Positions 45,409-54,904 of a stretch of 64,000 nucleotides of DNA are shown here, one piece after another. The notes under the pieces were generated by a model. The model was not told where the DNA came from. It worked only from the letters and a program-made list of their open reading frames with translations, and made no database searches. The stretch's first letter is position 1. Each line of letters starts with the position of its first letter. The stretch spans positions 6,762 through 70,761 of the forward strand of contig CAZYUJ010000008.1 in NCBI GenBank assembly GCA_964650705.1. The letters run 5' to 3'. The stretch is from an uncultured Oscillospiraceae bacterium. GTDB taxonomy: Bacteria > Bacillota > Clostridia > Oscillospirales > Ruminococcaceae. Made by a program: the position numbers and the translations under genes.

Positions 45409-47166
45409 CTATCCGACGATCGAGATATCGGAATATACGGATACGTCTACATAGAGCGTATTGCCGTCAGCGACGTTGATGGGGCCGCCGACTTCAGCGG
45501 AAGTTTGGGGACAGAACACGCCCAAAACATAGCCCGAAGGAGTATAGGGAGTCTCGGTATATCTGATCTCATACTTGATATTGAGAGCATCGAGGATCGC
45601 GATATAGTCATCCTTAGTCATGTTCATGCCGAAATCGTTGATGAAGCTGGGGATGGTGACGGTCGCATATCCCTTGCTGACGGTTATGACGACCTTTTGA
45701 ACGGGATAGAGGTTTGTACCCTCAGCGATATCCTGCTCAAAAATGATACCTGATTCATATTCATCGGTATAACCGTAGATGATCTCAAACTCCAGGCGTT
45801 CCTTCCAGGTATCGTTATTAACTACAGACTCGACCTTTTTACCGATGAAGCTCGGCATCACGAACATATTGCCCGTCTGAACGGTGGTGGGTTCGGTAGT
45901 GGTAACGATAGGAGGCTCGGTGGTCGTGCTGCTTGTCGGCTCAGTGGTGACGACGGGAGCGTCGCTTACAAATCCCGAATTGTGAGATTCGTCATCCGTT
46001 TTGTCGTTATTACCCGTATCGGGCAGGAGCATGGAGACGAGCATCATAAGTGCCGCACCGACAACGGCGATCAACAAAACAGCACCGATTATTGCACCGA
46101 CGTTTGACTTTTTGTTGGATCTCTTTTTAGATCTCTTTTTGTCCGAAGTCCTCTTCGGAGTCTGAATCGGGATAGTCTGTGTCTGGGTGTGCTTGCTTGC
46201 CATATATTGCGGTTGCTCGAACAGCTTTGTTACAAAGTCGGTAATGGTTGCAACACGGCGGTCACAGTTAAGCTGCATTGCTTGCATAATGACCTTGGAC
46301 ACGTTTGCGGGAACGTGCGGATTGATCTTGGCAGGCTCCAAAAGCGAATCGTTGCCGATTCGAGCCATAGGCTCTGTGGGCATACAGCCGCTCAAGAGTC
46401 TGTACATGACGGCGGCAACAGCGAAAACATCCGTCCAGGTGCCCTCATATTGTGCGCCGGAATACTGCTCGGGAGCGGAATATCCGGCATAAAGCTCGGG
46501 AGCGAGGTCGGTGTTCACGGTTCTGATCCCGGGGATCGCAAAGCCGGTGAGCTTAAGCTCCTGTCTGTCTGTAACCAAAATATTGTCGAGGCTGATCCCA
46601 CGGTGTAAGATACCCGCATTATGTATACAGCCAAGAGTTGTAAGAAGCGGCGGGAATAGCTTTTTGACCTGATCCCATGTGAGCTCACCTGCGTTTTCGG
46701 CAAGATATTGCTTCAAGGTGATAGCCTCGGTATACTGCAAAATAACGTATGCCGTGTTGTTTTGAGAGAACATATCAATCGGCGCTACGATGTGAGACAT
46801 CGTTCTCAGACGGGAAAGAGCCTTGTTGAGCTCGACAAACTCGGACATATAGTTTTTGTACTGAACGAGCGACCCTGCGTCAACAATGATCTCGGGGCTT
46901 TGTTTGGTTCGTGAGCACAAAGCATCGGGCATATATTCTTTAATGAATACTTTTTCGTTGGACACGTTGTCAAAGCCGATGTATGTTACGGATTCACCGT
47001 TAAATCTTATAACTCTTCCGACGATGTATCTGTCATCTAAAACTGTTTTCGGGGGCAGATATGAAGGATGATATGAGTTGCTGTCGGCATAGCCGCAGTG
47101 AGGACATGCGCCCTCCTGCTCGAGGGGCTCCATACAGCCCATGCAGAGCATTTTTCTTTCGCTCAT
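45409..47166 (-). CDS. Membrane Ser/Thr-kinase-like protein: N-terminal zinc ribbon, degenerate (pseudo)kinase domain, TM, Thr/Pro linker, two PASTA-like extracellular repeats
   Basis: 585 aa from the ATG at 47166 (AAAGGAAAG upstream). Carries CMGC...CPHC, the VAIK-like motif VFIKEY, HRGISLDN in place of HRDxKxxN, LTGFA in place of DFG, and SAPE. Confidence 0.8.
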   Translation of the reverse strand: MSERKMLCMGCMEPLEQEGACPHCGYADSNSYHPSYLPPKTVLDDRYIVGRVIRFNGESVTYIGFDNVSNEKVFIKEYMPDALCSRTKQSPEIIVDAGSLVQYKNYMSEFVELNKALSRLRTMSHIVAPIDMFSQNNTAYVILQYTEAITLKQYLAENAGELTWDQVKKLFPPLLTTLGCIHNAGILHRGISLDNILVTDRQELKLTGFAIPGIRTVNTDLAPELYAGYSAPEQYSGAQYEGTWTDVFAVAAVMYRLLSGCMPTEPMARIGNDSLLEPAKINPHVPANVSKVIMQAMQLNCDRRVATITDFVTKLFEQPQYMASKHTQTQTIPIQTPKRTSDKKRSKKRSNKKSNVGAIIGAVLLIAVVGAALMMLVSMLLPDTGNNDKTDDESHNSGFVSDAPVVTTEPTSSTTTEPPIVTTTEPTTVQTGNMFVMPSFIGKKVESVVNNDTWKERLEFEIIYGYTDEYESGIIFEQDIAEGTNLYPVQKVVITVSKGYATVTIPSFINDFGMNMTKDDYIAILDALNIKYEIRYTETPYTPSGYVLGVFCPQTSAEVGGPINVADGNTLYVDVSVYSDISIVG

Positions 47167-47394
47167 CGAATCACGCTTTCCTTTCAGAAATAAAAGTAAT
47201 AAGCACAGTCGTGCTTTATAATCGAATAAATGATAGCAATAGTTTTTGATAATGTCAATAGAATCAGCCAAACTGTCACTTAGCTGTAACTAAGTTGTAA
47301 CTTTTTCGGTCAGAATGGAGTTGATATTTAGCGTTGATTGTTATATAATAAAGTTAAAAAATCGACAAAATATTGTACTTTTCAAGGAGGAAAA

Positions 47395-48921
47395 ATGAAG
47401 AAGCTTTCAAAACTTTTACAAAGCAGAATGTTCATTACAATTTTGCTTTTGTTTGTTCAGCTCGTTATATTGATAGTATTTTTAGGCGTTTTGTTTGACA
47501 GATTCGCTGTTTACTATATCATTTCCTCTGTTGTTGCGCTTCTTTCGATCGTGGACATTGCTAATTCGGATATGAACCCATCGTTTAAGATAGCGTGGCT
47601 GGTTTTAGTGCTTATCGTTCCCTTCTGCGGAACTCCTCTTTATTTAATATTCTCAAAATCAAAGCAGGATTACAGGATATCAAAGCGGTTACGGAAGTAT
47701 AAGACTCTTGAAAGGCTGATGATAAGCAACACTGATGAAAATTTAGATGAGGTCGAAGATCAGGCTCCCGAAATTGCAAGGCAGATGAAATATATATCAA
47801 AAACTGCACTTGCACCCGTGTATAAAAACACGCAAACAAAATATTTCGCACAGGGCGAGGATTATTTTGAGGCTCTTTTATATGAGCTCAGGCGTGCACA
47901 GAGATTTATCTTTTTGGAATATTTCATCATCGAAAACGGAAAGATGTTCGATTCGATACTTGAGATATTGAAGGCAAAAGTGGCTCAAGGCATCGAAGTG
48001 AGACTCATGTTTGACGACTTGGGAACGATATCGAAGCTGACGAAGAACTATGACAAAGAGCTTGAGGCAATGGGACTTAGGGTTTCGGTATTTAACAGAC
48101 TCAGACCCTCGCTTGATACGTCTTTAAACTATCGCGATCATCGAAAGATCGTCGTGATCGACGGCAACGTCGCTTTCACGGGCGGAATCAACCTTGCGGA
48201 CGAATATATCAACGAGGTCGAAAAGTTCGGGCACTGGAAGGACACGGGCATTATGCTCAAGGGAGATGCTGTGACAAAGATGACCGAAACATTCTTACAG
48301 CTCTGGCATTTTTCTAAGGGTGAGTCCAAGATCGACCTCAAGGACTATGGCTGTAAGACGAGCAGCGAGAGCGACGGATATATCCAGCCGTTTGCGGACG
48401 GCCCTATGAATAACGATGAGATATGCGAAATGTGCTACATGGGGCTTATAAACAGTGCAAGAAAGAACATCTATATTACCACACCGTATCTTATCCTGGA
48501 CAATGAAATGCAAACGGCTTTATGCCATGCCGCAAAAAGCGGTGTTGACGTCAAGATAATAACTCCGCATATTCCCGATAAAAAGCTGGTTTTGGCTGTG
48601 ACGAGATCATATTACAGAGCGCTTTTGAAGGCAGGAGTTAAAATATATGAATACACTCCCGGATTTATTCATGCGAAATCGTTATCTGCTGATAGCGAGG
48701 TATGCGTTGTGGGCACAGCCAACTTTGACTTCAGAAGCTTTTATATGCACTTTGAGAACTGCGTTTTAGCCTATAAATCGAGCTGTGTTAATGATGTAGA
48801 GAAAGACTTCGAGCAAACTCTTGAGCTTTGCGAGGAGATCACATTGGAATCGATAAACAAAAAGGGCACGTTATATCGGCTTTTGCAGGCGGTATTAAAA
48901 ATATTTGCGCCGCTGATGTAG
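47395..48921 (+). CDS. cls: Cardiolipin synthase
   Basis: 508 aa from the ATG at 47395 (AAGGAGGA upstream), with two N-terminal TM helices and two PLD HKD motifs (HRKIVVIDG, IHAKSLSADS). Confidence 0.93.
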   Translation: MKKLSKLLQSRMFITILLLFVQLVILIVFLGVLFDRFAVYYIISSVVALLSIVDIANSDMNPSFKIAWLVLVLIVPFCGTPLYLIFSKSKQDYRISKRLRKYKTLERLMISNTDENLDEVEDQAPEIARQMKYISKTALAPVYKNTQTKYFAQGEDYFEALLYELRRAQRFIFLEYFIIENGKMFDSILEILKAKVAQGIEVRLMFDDLGTISKLTKNYDKELEAMGLRVSVFNRLRPSLDTSLNYRDHRKIVVIDGNVAFTGGINLADEYINEVEKFGHWKDTGIMLKGDAVTKMTETFLQLWHFSKGESKIDLKDYGCKTSSESDGYIQPFADGPMNNDEICEMCYMGLINSARKNIYITTPYLILDNEMQTALCHAAKSGVDVKIITPHIPDKKLVLAVTRSYYRALLKAGVKIYEYTPGFIHAKSLSADSEVCVVGTANFDFRSFYMHFENCVLAYKSSCVNDVEKDFEQTLELCEEITLESINKKGTLYRLLQAVLKIFAPLM

Positions 48922-48969
48922 CGCAGGGCGCGTGGGCGGAGCCGAGTGCGCGCGTGCGCGGGCGGAGCA
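48921..48969 (+). repeat. GC-rich G-skewed intergenic element, copy R7
   Basis: Starts at the last base of the cls stop codon. Contains GGGCGGAGCCGAGTGCGCG (compare R8 GGGCGGAAGCCGAGTGCTCGG) and two GCGCGTG heptamers. Confidence 0.65.
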
Positions 48970-48981
48970 TGACAAATAATG

Positions 48982-49018
48982 AGCACTTACAGTTCGAGGC
49001 TGTAAGTGCTTTTGTTTT
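48982..49018. terminator. Bidirectional terminator between cls and the convergent rluA-family gene
   Basis: AGCACTTACAG-TTCGAGG-CTGTAAGTGCT followed by TTTGTTTT. Confidence 0.8.
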
Positions 49019-49652
49019 AGAATTCAAATTCGCTCCAAGGGAATTCACACGCAGGGTTCAAAGAAAAGCTCATAACTTCTTTAGTTTTCGGATGTCTGAA
49101 TTCAAGATAGCAAGAAAAAAGAGCAATGCTTGTTGAACTCTTATCGCCGCCATAGCGCCTATCACCCAAAAGCGGCAGCTTTCGTGAAGCGAACTGAACA
49201 CGGATCTGATGAGTTCTGCCGGTATGAAGATGAACTCTTATAAGCGAGATCTCGCCCTTTGCGGTATTTGAGGTTGAAATAAGCTTATAATCCAGCTTAG
49301 CGTCCTTTACTCCCTTACGCTGTCTGTCAACGACAAAGGTCTTTCCCGATCTTGCATCACGATAGAGAAGATCAGTGAGTGTGTCCTCTGACTTTTCGGG
49401 AGCGCCGGAAACGACGCAGAAATACTCCTTGATTAGAGTTTTGTTTTGTATCTGAAGGCTCAGATCTGCGGCGGCTTGCTTTGTTTTTGCAAATACCATC
49501 AATCCCCCGACAGCTTTATCAAGACGGTGAACACAAAACGATCCACAACCAAGCTGTTGCGACAAAAGCGACGGCATATCCTTCTCGGAATCAACGCCGA
49601 CGGGCTTTTGACAAACGATGATATGGTCATCATTATAAATAATATTTATCAT
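49017..49652 (-). CDS. RluA-family pseudouridine synthase
   Basis: 211 aa with the catalytic-Asp motif HRLDKAVGGLMVFAKT and the conserved HQIRVQF. Confidence 0.87.
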   Translation of the reverse strand: MINIIYNDDHIIVCQKPVGVDSEKDMPSLLSQQLGCGSFCVHRLDKAVGGLMVFAKTKQAAADLSLQIQNKTLIKEYFCVVSGAPEKSEDTLTDLLYRDARSGKTFVVDRQRKGVKDAKLDYKLISTSNTAKGEISLIRVHLHTGRTHQIRVQFASRKLPLLGDRRYGGDKSSTSIALFSCYLEFRHPKTKEVMSFSLNPACEFPWSEFEF

Positions 49653-49654
49653 GA

Positions 49655-50623
49655 TCAGTCCTTCTTATACACAGCGGCATTCCACATATCACGGTGGAGA
49701 CTTTCAATAAGTGTAAAGCCGCATTGCTTTACAGCTTCGATCACTTCATCGCGTCTGTCGTCGATAATGCCCGAAATCACGAGGATTCCGCCTTGTTTTG
49801 TGATCTCGGCGAAGGTCTCCTTCATCAGCATCAAAACGTCTGAGACAATGTTTGCGGCGACAAGGTCAAAGCCTTTACCGACTTTTTCCTTTAATTCGGG
49901 ATCGGTTATGATGTCACCGTGATAAACGGTATACTTATCATCGGCAATACCGTTTTTGATGGCATTCGATCTTGCGATCTTTGAGGCATCTTCAGCAATA
50001 TCGGTGCCGACTGCGCTGTCTGCTCCAAGAGCTATTGCCGCGATGGAGATAATTCCGCTTCCGCAGCCAAGGTCGCAAACGCGGTCGCCTTTTTGAATAT
50101 ATTTTTCCAAAAGCTCCAAGCAAAGCTGGGTTGTATAGTGTCTTCCTGTGCCGAAGCTTGTTTCGGGGTCGAGCTCGACAACGGCACGGTCACAGTTTTC
50201 GGGCAGGCTTTCCCAGCTTGGCTTGATAACGATCTTCTTGCCGATCTCAACAGGCTTGAAGAACTGTTTCCAAGTGTTTGCCCAGTCCTCCTCACGGATA
50301 CCTGATGCTTCAAGCTCAAGTCTTCCGAACTCGTTATTTTCATCTGCTTCCTTGAGGCGAGTTATGATAGACTTTATTTCGGCGAGCATTTCGGGAGCAG
50401 ACTCGTTCTTTTCGATATAGACCGTTATATACGCCTCACCGTTCTGAAGCGCCAGCACCTCATCGTCGATATAGTCCCAAGCGGGAGTTTTGTTTTCTAC
50501 AAATTCGGTTATATCATTCGGGTCATTTATAACAAGCCCGGTTATTCCGGCACCTATAAGTGCGGCGCTAAGTGTCTCTATGCCCAAATGTGTCGTGTAT
50601 ATATTAAGTTCAAGCCAGTCCAT
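49655..50623 (-). CDS. prmA: Ribosomal protein L11 methyltransferase
   Basis: 322 aa from the ATG at 50623, with a PrmA N-domain and the SAM motif VCDLGCGSGIISIAA. Confidence 0.92.
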   Translation of the reverse strand: MDWLELNIYTTHLGIETLSAALIGAGITGLVINDPNDITEFVENKTPAWDYIDDEVLALQNGEAYITVYIEKNESAPEMLAEIKSIITRLKEADENNEFGRLELEASGIREEDWANTWKQFFKPVEIGKKIVIKPSWESLPENCDRAVVELDPETSFGTGRHYTTQLCLELLEKYIQKGDRVCDLGCGSGIISIAAIALGADSAVGTDIAEDASKIARSNAIKNGIADDKYTVYHGDIITDPELKEKVGKGFDLVAANIVSDVLMLMKETFAEITKQGGILVISGIIDDRRDEVIEAVKQCGFTLIESLHRDMWNAAVYKKD

Positions 50624-50684
50624 GATGATTCTCCGTTTCGTTTTATTCACTTGATTTTAGCACATATCGCCTTGATAGTCAATC

Positions 50685-50763
50685 AGCGGCGATTTCGCCG
50701 AGCGCGGGCGGAAGCCGAGTGCTCGGCGGCGGAGCCGCGGTGAGAGCCGCAGGAAGTCGGGGA
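50685..50763 (+). repeat. GC-rich G-skewed intergenic element, copy R8
   Basis: Lies between the ATPase terminator and the prmA start. Has the hairpin GCCGAG-TG-CTCGGC and the 16-mer GGCGGCGGAGCCGCGG (50725-50740), identical to R3 14602-14617. Confidence 0.7.
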
Positions 50764-50771
50764 AATAAAAT

Positions 50772-50798
50772 CAAGGGACAGCGAAAGCTGTCCCTTGG
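50772..50798 (-). terminator. Terminator after the P-type ATPase gene
   Basis: CAAGGGACAGC-TTTC-GCTGTCCCTTG followed by ATTTTATTT on the minus strand. Confidence 0.8.
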
Positions 50799-50808
50799 TT
50801 CGGTTATA

Positions 50809-52719
50809 TCAATTTTTCGGAGCCTTAAGAGCTCGAAGCGCATTTATAACAGCGAGCAGCATTACCCCTGTATCAGCAAAAACTGCAAGCCACATTCCCG
50901 ATACGCCGCGAATTGTAAGTATCATTACCAACAGCTTTGCGCCGAGCGAGAAGATTATGTTCTGCCATACTACGCTTATCGTCTTTCTCGATATCTTAAC
51001 AGCTTGTGCAAGCTTTGAAAGCTTGTCGTCAAGCAAAACAACGTCTGCTGATTCGATAGCGGCATCAGAACCGAGAGCGCCCATTGCTACGCCGAGATCT
51101 GCAAGAGCCAAAACGGGAGCATCGTTGATCCCGTCGCCGACGAATGCGGTAGCGCCATCGGTCTCGGAAATGATCTTTTCAAGACAGCTGACCTTTTCTT
51201 CAGGCTTAAGAGAATGATTTATATCGGTGATTCCGACCTCAGAAGCGATCTCATTTGCAGCTTTCTCGCTGTCACCCGTTAACATTGATATCGTGGATAC
51301 ACCAAGAGATTTAAGGCTTGTGATGGCTTCCTTGGAATCAGGCTTCACCTTATCAGTGAACATTACGCTTCCCTTATATTCGCCGTTGATGGCTATATGA
51401 ATGCTGACGCCCGAGGTCTCCTCCAAATCCGATGTAACTCCGATATGACGCATAAGGTTTTCGTTGCCAACTGCGACAGTATCATCTCCGACAGCACTGA
51501 TTATACCCTTGCCTGCAATTTCTTCGGTGCTTTTGATATCGTTATCGTTTATCGGCTGTCCGAAATGCTTTACCAAAGCCTTTGCTATAGGATGAGTTGA
51601 ACGGCTTTCAGCATATGCCGCCAGCGCAAGCGTATCATCATCGATCGACGAAGAGGTGACGCTGAGTGTGCCGTATGTAAGAGTACCTGTTTTGTCGAGT
51701 GCGACAGACTTAAGCTTGGAAAGCTGTTCGATGCAGTTTGTTCCTTTTATTAAAATACCTTTCGAGGAGGCACAGCCAACGCCTGCAAAGAATGTGAGAG
51801 GAACGGAAATAACGAGTGCACATGGGCAGGAAATTACGAGCAGCGAAAGACCGCGATAGAGCCATGTCGAGAAGGTCTCAGCATATCCTGTGAACAGGGG
51901 GAACACAAATGCGACTATTGCCGCGACAGCAACCACGATCAAAGTATACTTGCGGGCGAAGCGAGAAATGAAGCGCTCTGCCTTTGCTTTCTTCGACTGA
52001 GCATCCTTTACCATTTCGAGGATTCTTGCGGCAGAAGAGTCGTGATATTCCTTTTCGACCAAGACCTCTATTGTTCCGGAACAGTTGATTCCTCCGCCAA
52101 AGACAGTATCTCCGACAGAAACGGAAACAGGAAGAGATTCGCCGGTGAGTGCGGAATTATCGACAGCGGAGCTGCCCTTTATAACTTTGCCGTCGAGTGC
52201 GATGCGCTCACCTGCAAGAACGATGACTGTATCCCCTGCCTTAACGGTTTCGGGGAGCACCTGTACGAGCTCGCCGTTCTGACGGATGTTGACATGGTCG
52301 GGATGAAGCTCCAAAAGAGCAGTTATAGACTTGCGAGAACGCTCGCTCGCAACTCCCTCAAGTATCTCGCCCATGGCGTAGAAGAGCATAACAGCCGCGC
52401 CTTCGGATACCTCACCAACAGCGATAGCGCCAACAGAAGCAATAGCCATTAAGAAGCTTTCGTCTATCCTGCGCTCGGTTATAAGGTCGTGCAGAGCTTC
52501 ATATAGCGTTTCATATCCAACGACAAGATATGAAGCGATGAGGACAACGGTTTTGATGATCCCATCAGGGATAAAGAATGATGCGGCGAACAAAACCGCA
52601 GCGATAATGATCTTTATAATGTTGGCTTTAAGCGAGCCGTGATCGTGGTTATGCTCGTGAGAGTGTTCCTGCTCATGAGAGCGGCTGTCTTCATGACAGC
52701 CGCAACGGCAGTGTGACAT
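50809..52719 (-). CDS. Heavy-metal translocating P1B-type ATPase (Zn/Cd/Pb-type CPC)
   Basis: 636 aa with motifs CPC (SCPCALV), DKTGT, TGD and GDGINDAP, and a His/Cys-rich N-terminus (MSHCRCGCHEDSRSHEQEHSHEHNHDH). Confidence 0.93.
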   Translation of the reverse strand: MSHCRCGCHEDSRSHEQEHSHEHNHDHGSLKANIIKIIIAAVLFAASFFIPDGIIKTVVLIASYLVVGYETLYEALHDLITERRIDESFLMAIASVGAIAVGEVSEGAAVMLFYAMGEILEGVASERSRKSITALLELHPDHVNIRQNGELVQVLPETVKAGDTVIVLAGERIALDGKVIKGSSAVDNSALTGESLPVSVSVGDTVFGGGINCSGTIEVLVEKEYHDSSAARILEMVKDAQSKKAKAERFISRFARKYTLIVVAVAAIVAFVFPLFTGYAETFSTWLYRGLSLLVISCPCALVISVPLTFFAGVGCASSKGILIKGTNCIEQLSKLKSVALDKTGTLTYGTLSVTSSSIDDDTLALAAYAESRSTHPIAKALVKHFGQPINDNDIKSTEEIAGKGIISAVGDDTVAVGNENLMRHIGVTSDLEETSGVSIHIAINGEYKGSVMFTDKVKPDSKEAITSLKSLGVSTISMLTGDSEKAANEIASEVGITDINHSLKPEEKVSCLEKIISETDGATAFVGDGINDAPVLALADLGVAMGALGSDAAIESADVVLLDDKLSKLAQAVKISRKTISVVWQNIIFSLGAKLLVMILTIRGVSGMWLAVFADTGVMLLAVINALRALKAPKN

Positions 52720-52745
52720 ATGTATATCCTCCTTGATGAAATTAA

Positions 52746-53126
52746 TTATTCTGAAATGTGTTCAAGACCTGTTGCTAAAATATCAGAGACGTGGCTGTCT
52801 GCGATGGAATAATAGATAGTCTTTCCTTCGCGGCGATATTTGACCAAGCCAGCCTGTTTAAGCACACGAAGCTGATGGGAAACAGCAGATTGAGACACGC
52901 CGACAAGCTCTGTGATATCACAGACACACATATCCCCCGCCAGAAGAGAGAACAATATCCTTACTCTGGTCAGGTCGGAAATGGCTTTGAAGAGCTCGCT
53001 GACATAATACGCTTCTTCCTCAGTGATCATTTTGTTTTCAAAAAGCTTTACTTTCTCAACATTCTTGCCGCCGCATTCAATGTGATGAGGGCATTCATGA
53101 CAATTGCAGTTTTCGAGATCGTGCAT
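52746..53126 (-). CDS. ArsR/SmtB-family metal-sensing repressor (CadC/CzrA-like)
   Basis: 126 aa from the ATG at 53126 (AAAGGAG upstream), with a wHTH (VCDITELVGVSQSAVSHQLRVLKQAGLV) and N-terminal Cys/His ligands (CNCHECPHH). Confidence 0.9.
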   Translation of the reverse strand: MHDLENCNCHECPHHIECGGKNVEKVKLFENKMITEEEAYYVSELFKAISDLTRVRILFSLLAGDMCVCDITELVGVSQSAVSHQLRVLKQAGLVKYRREGKTIYYSIADSHVSDILATGLEHISE

Positions 53127-53146
53127 TGCAAATACTCCTTTCAAAT

Positions 53147-53200
53147 AACATATGAATATGTGTTCATATGTTATTATACACATGTATCTGCTCTTGTCAA
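53147..53200 (-). promoter_or_regulatory. Promoter (TTGACA-N16-TATAAT) plus a perfect 10-6-10 inverted-repeat operator for the ArsR/ATPase operon
   Basis: On the minus strand, TTGACA is at 53195-53200 and TATAAT at 53173-53178. The inverted repeat AACATATGAA (53147-53156) / TTCATATGTT (53163-53172) lies immediately downstream of the -10 box. Confidence 0.7.
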
Positions 53201-53230
53201 TAGCTAATATAAAATATGTATGGGCGAAGA

Positions 53231-54637
53231 TCATTCGCCCTTTCTTTTTCGCTTATTTTTTAGAATTTCAACGTTTTCGTCAACCTGTTTTTTGTGCAGA
53301 GGGTACCACAGCCACAAAACAAGAGCAAGAGCAACAAATCCGATCATCGGGACGATCGTTGAAACGCTGAATATTCCATCCAGAACACTCGGCTCAAACG
53401 CTGTTGTCTCGCTGTATCCGATAATGGATAAAAGTGCGCCTGTAAGACCTGCCGATGCCGCTTGTCCAAGCTTTCGGGAGAATGAATACAGAGCATATAC
53501 AGAGCCGTCTTCACGCACACCGTTTTTGATCTCGGAATAGTCGATAACATCGGTAACGAATGCCCAGGATATCATCGAGAATATGCCAAGACCTATCCAG
53601 CAAACTGCATTAACAGCAACGAATACCCAAACATTCTGAGGTCTCCAAATGAACAATATCAAATAGACTGCCGCTGCTGCAAGGTTCGCAACAACACTGA
53701 CTTCTACTTTTCCGAAGCGGTTAGCCAAAGGCTTTGATACCGCTGCGGCGATCATCATTCCAACCATCATGACAATTGTCGAAGCAGACTGAGCCTTGCT
53801 GTTGTTATAATAGTTGGGATAGAGATAAGGTGCCATTCCCTGTACTGTTAATTGAGCCAAAAGCATGATCACCGAAGCGACAACAAGTGAGATCAGCGCA
53901 CGGTTCCTAAGAGCATTCAAAAGCATTCTGCCGACATTGTTGTTTTGCTTTACGTGTTCTGCCTGCTCTGTCATTACACGTTCGGTGGTCAAGAAATAGC
54001 AAGCGATATATGCGATCACAGATAATATCGACAAAATTCCTGCTACCAAAGTAAAGCGTGGGCCGTCAAGGACTTCGAAGCCTGCTTCGTTTTTTGTGAA
54101 TGCAAATATCGGTATGCCTGCGCCTATGATAACTCCTGCAAAAACGCCGCCCATCGTTCTATAGGTTGAAAGAGACTGACGGTCGCCGGGTTCGGGTGAG
54201 ATAGCTGACGCCATTGAACCGTATGGGATATTTATTGAGGTATAGAACACCGAGCCCCAAAGAGTGTAGGTTACAAAAAGATAGACGACCTTTGCCCAAT
54301 ACGGCAGACCCGCCAGCGAGCTTTGATATATCAAAAATGAAGCTATCGCCACGGGAATACACATTCTCAACAGCCAAGGCTTGAATTTGCCTTTTGGAGT
54401 TATCGAACTGCGGTCGCATATTCTGCCCATCGTAACATCGGTAAAGCCGTCGATAAACCTTGTTATCATCATAACGATTCCGACGACAAAGGCATCGAGT
54501 CCCATAACGTCGGTATAGAATTTCAACAAAAAAGATGATGAAAGCAAGAAGGTAAAATCGTTGCCGAAATCGCCGAAAAGATAGCCCAGCTTGTCTCTGA
54601 AGCTAAACGGTCTCGGAGAGTCTTGTGTCTTTTTCAC
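53231..54637 (-). CDS. Glycoside-pentoside-hexuronide (GPH):cation symporter family transporter
   Basis: 468 aa with 12 TM helices and a GPH-type N-terminus (RDKLGYLFGDFGNDFTF...LKFYTDVMGL). Confidence 0.85.
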   Translation of the reverse strand: MKKTQDSPRPFSFRDKLGYLFGDFGNDFTFLLSSSFLLKFYTDVMGLDAFVVGIVMMITRFIDGFTDVTMGRICDRSSITPKGKFKPWLLRMCIPVAIASFLIYQSSLAGLPYWAKVVYLFVTYTLWGSVFYTSINIPYGSMASAISPEPGDRQSLSTYRTMGGVFAGVIIGAGIPIFAFTKNEAGFEVLDGPRFTLVAGILSILSVIAYIACYFLTTERVMTEQAEHVKQNNNVGRMLLNALRNRALISLVVASVIMLLAQLTVQGMAPYLYPNYYNNSKAQSASTIVMMVGMMIAAAVSKPLANRFGKVEVSVVANLAAAAVYLILFIWRPQNVWVFVAVNAVCWIGLGIFSMISWAFVTDVIDYSEIKNGVREDGSVYALYSFSRKLGQAASAGLTGALLSIIGYSETTAFEPSVLDGIFSVSTIVPMIGFVALALVLWLWYPLHKKQVDENVEILKNKRKRKGE

Positions 54638-54806
54638 GTTAGCGTCCTCCTTATATATTCAAAGAAGATATGGTTACGGATATATCATCTCACAAAATTA
54701 AGGGATTATGACGCAAAATCTTAATATTGCTATATTTATATAATGAAATCACATTTAGACAAAAGCCATAAGCAAAAACAGAAATCGTTAAGTCATATTA
54801 TATATA

Positions 54807-54835
54807 TTGACTAATCAAGGATGATGATGTATAAT
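54807..54835 (+). promoter_or_regulatory. Candidate promoter of the GH2 gene (TTGACT-N17-TATAAT)
   Basis: -35 at 54807-54812 and -10 at 54830-54835. Confidence 0.55.
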
Positions 54836-54904
54836 AAATAGGATGATGTGTTCGTTGGAGCACAAGTATTGTTTTGTAATTTTGAACATAATAAGGAGCG
54901 AAAA

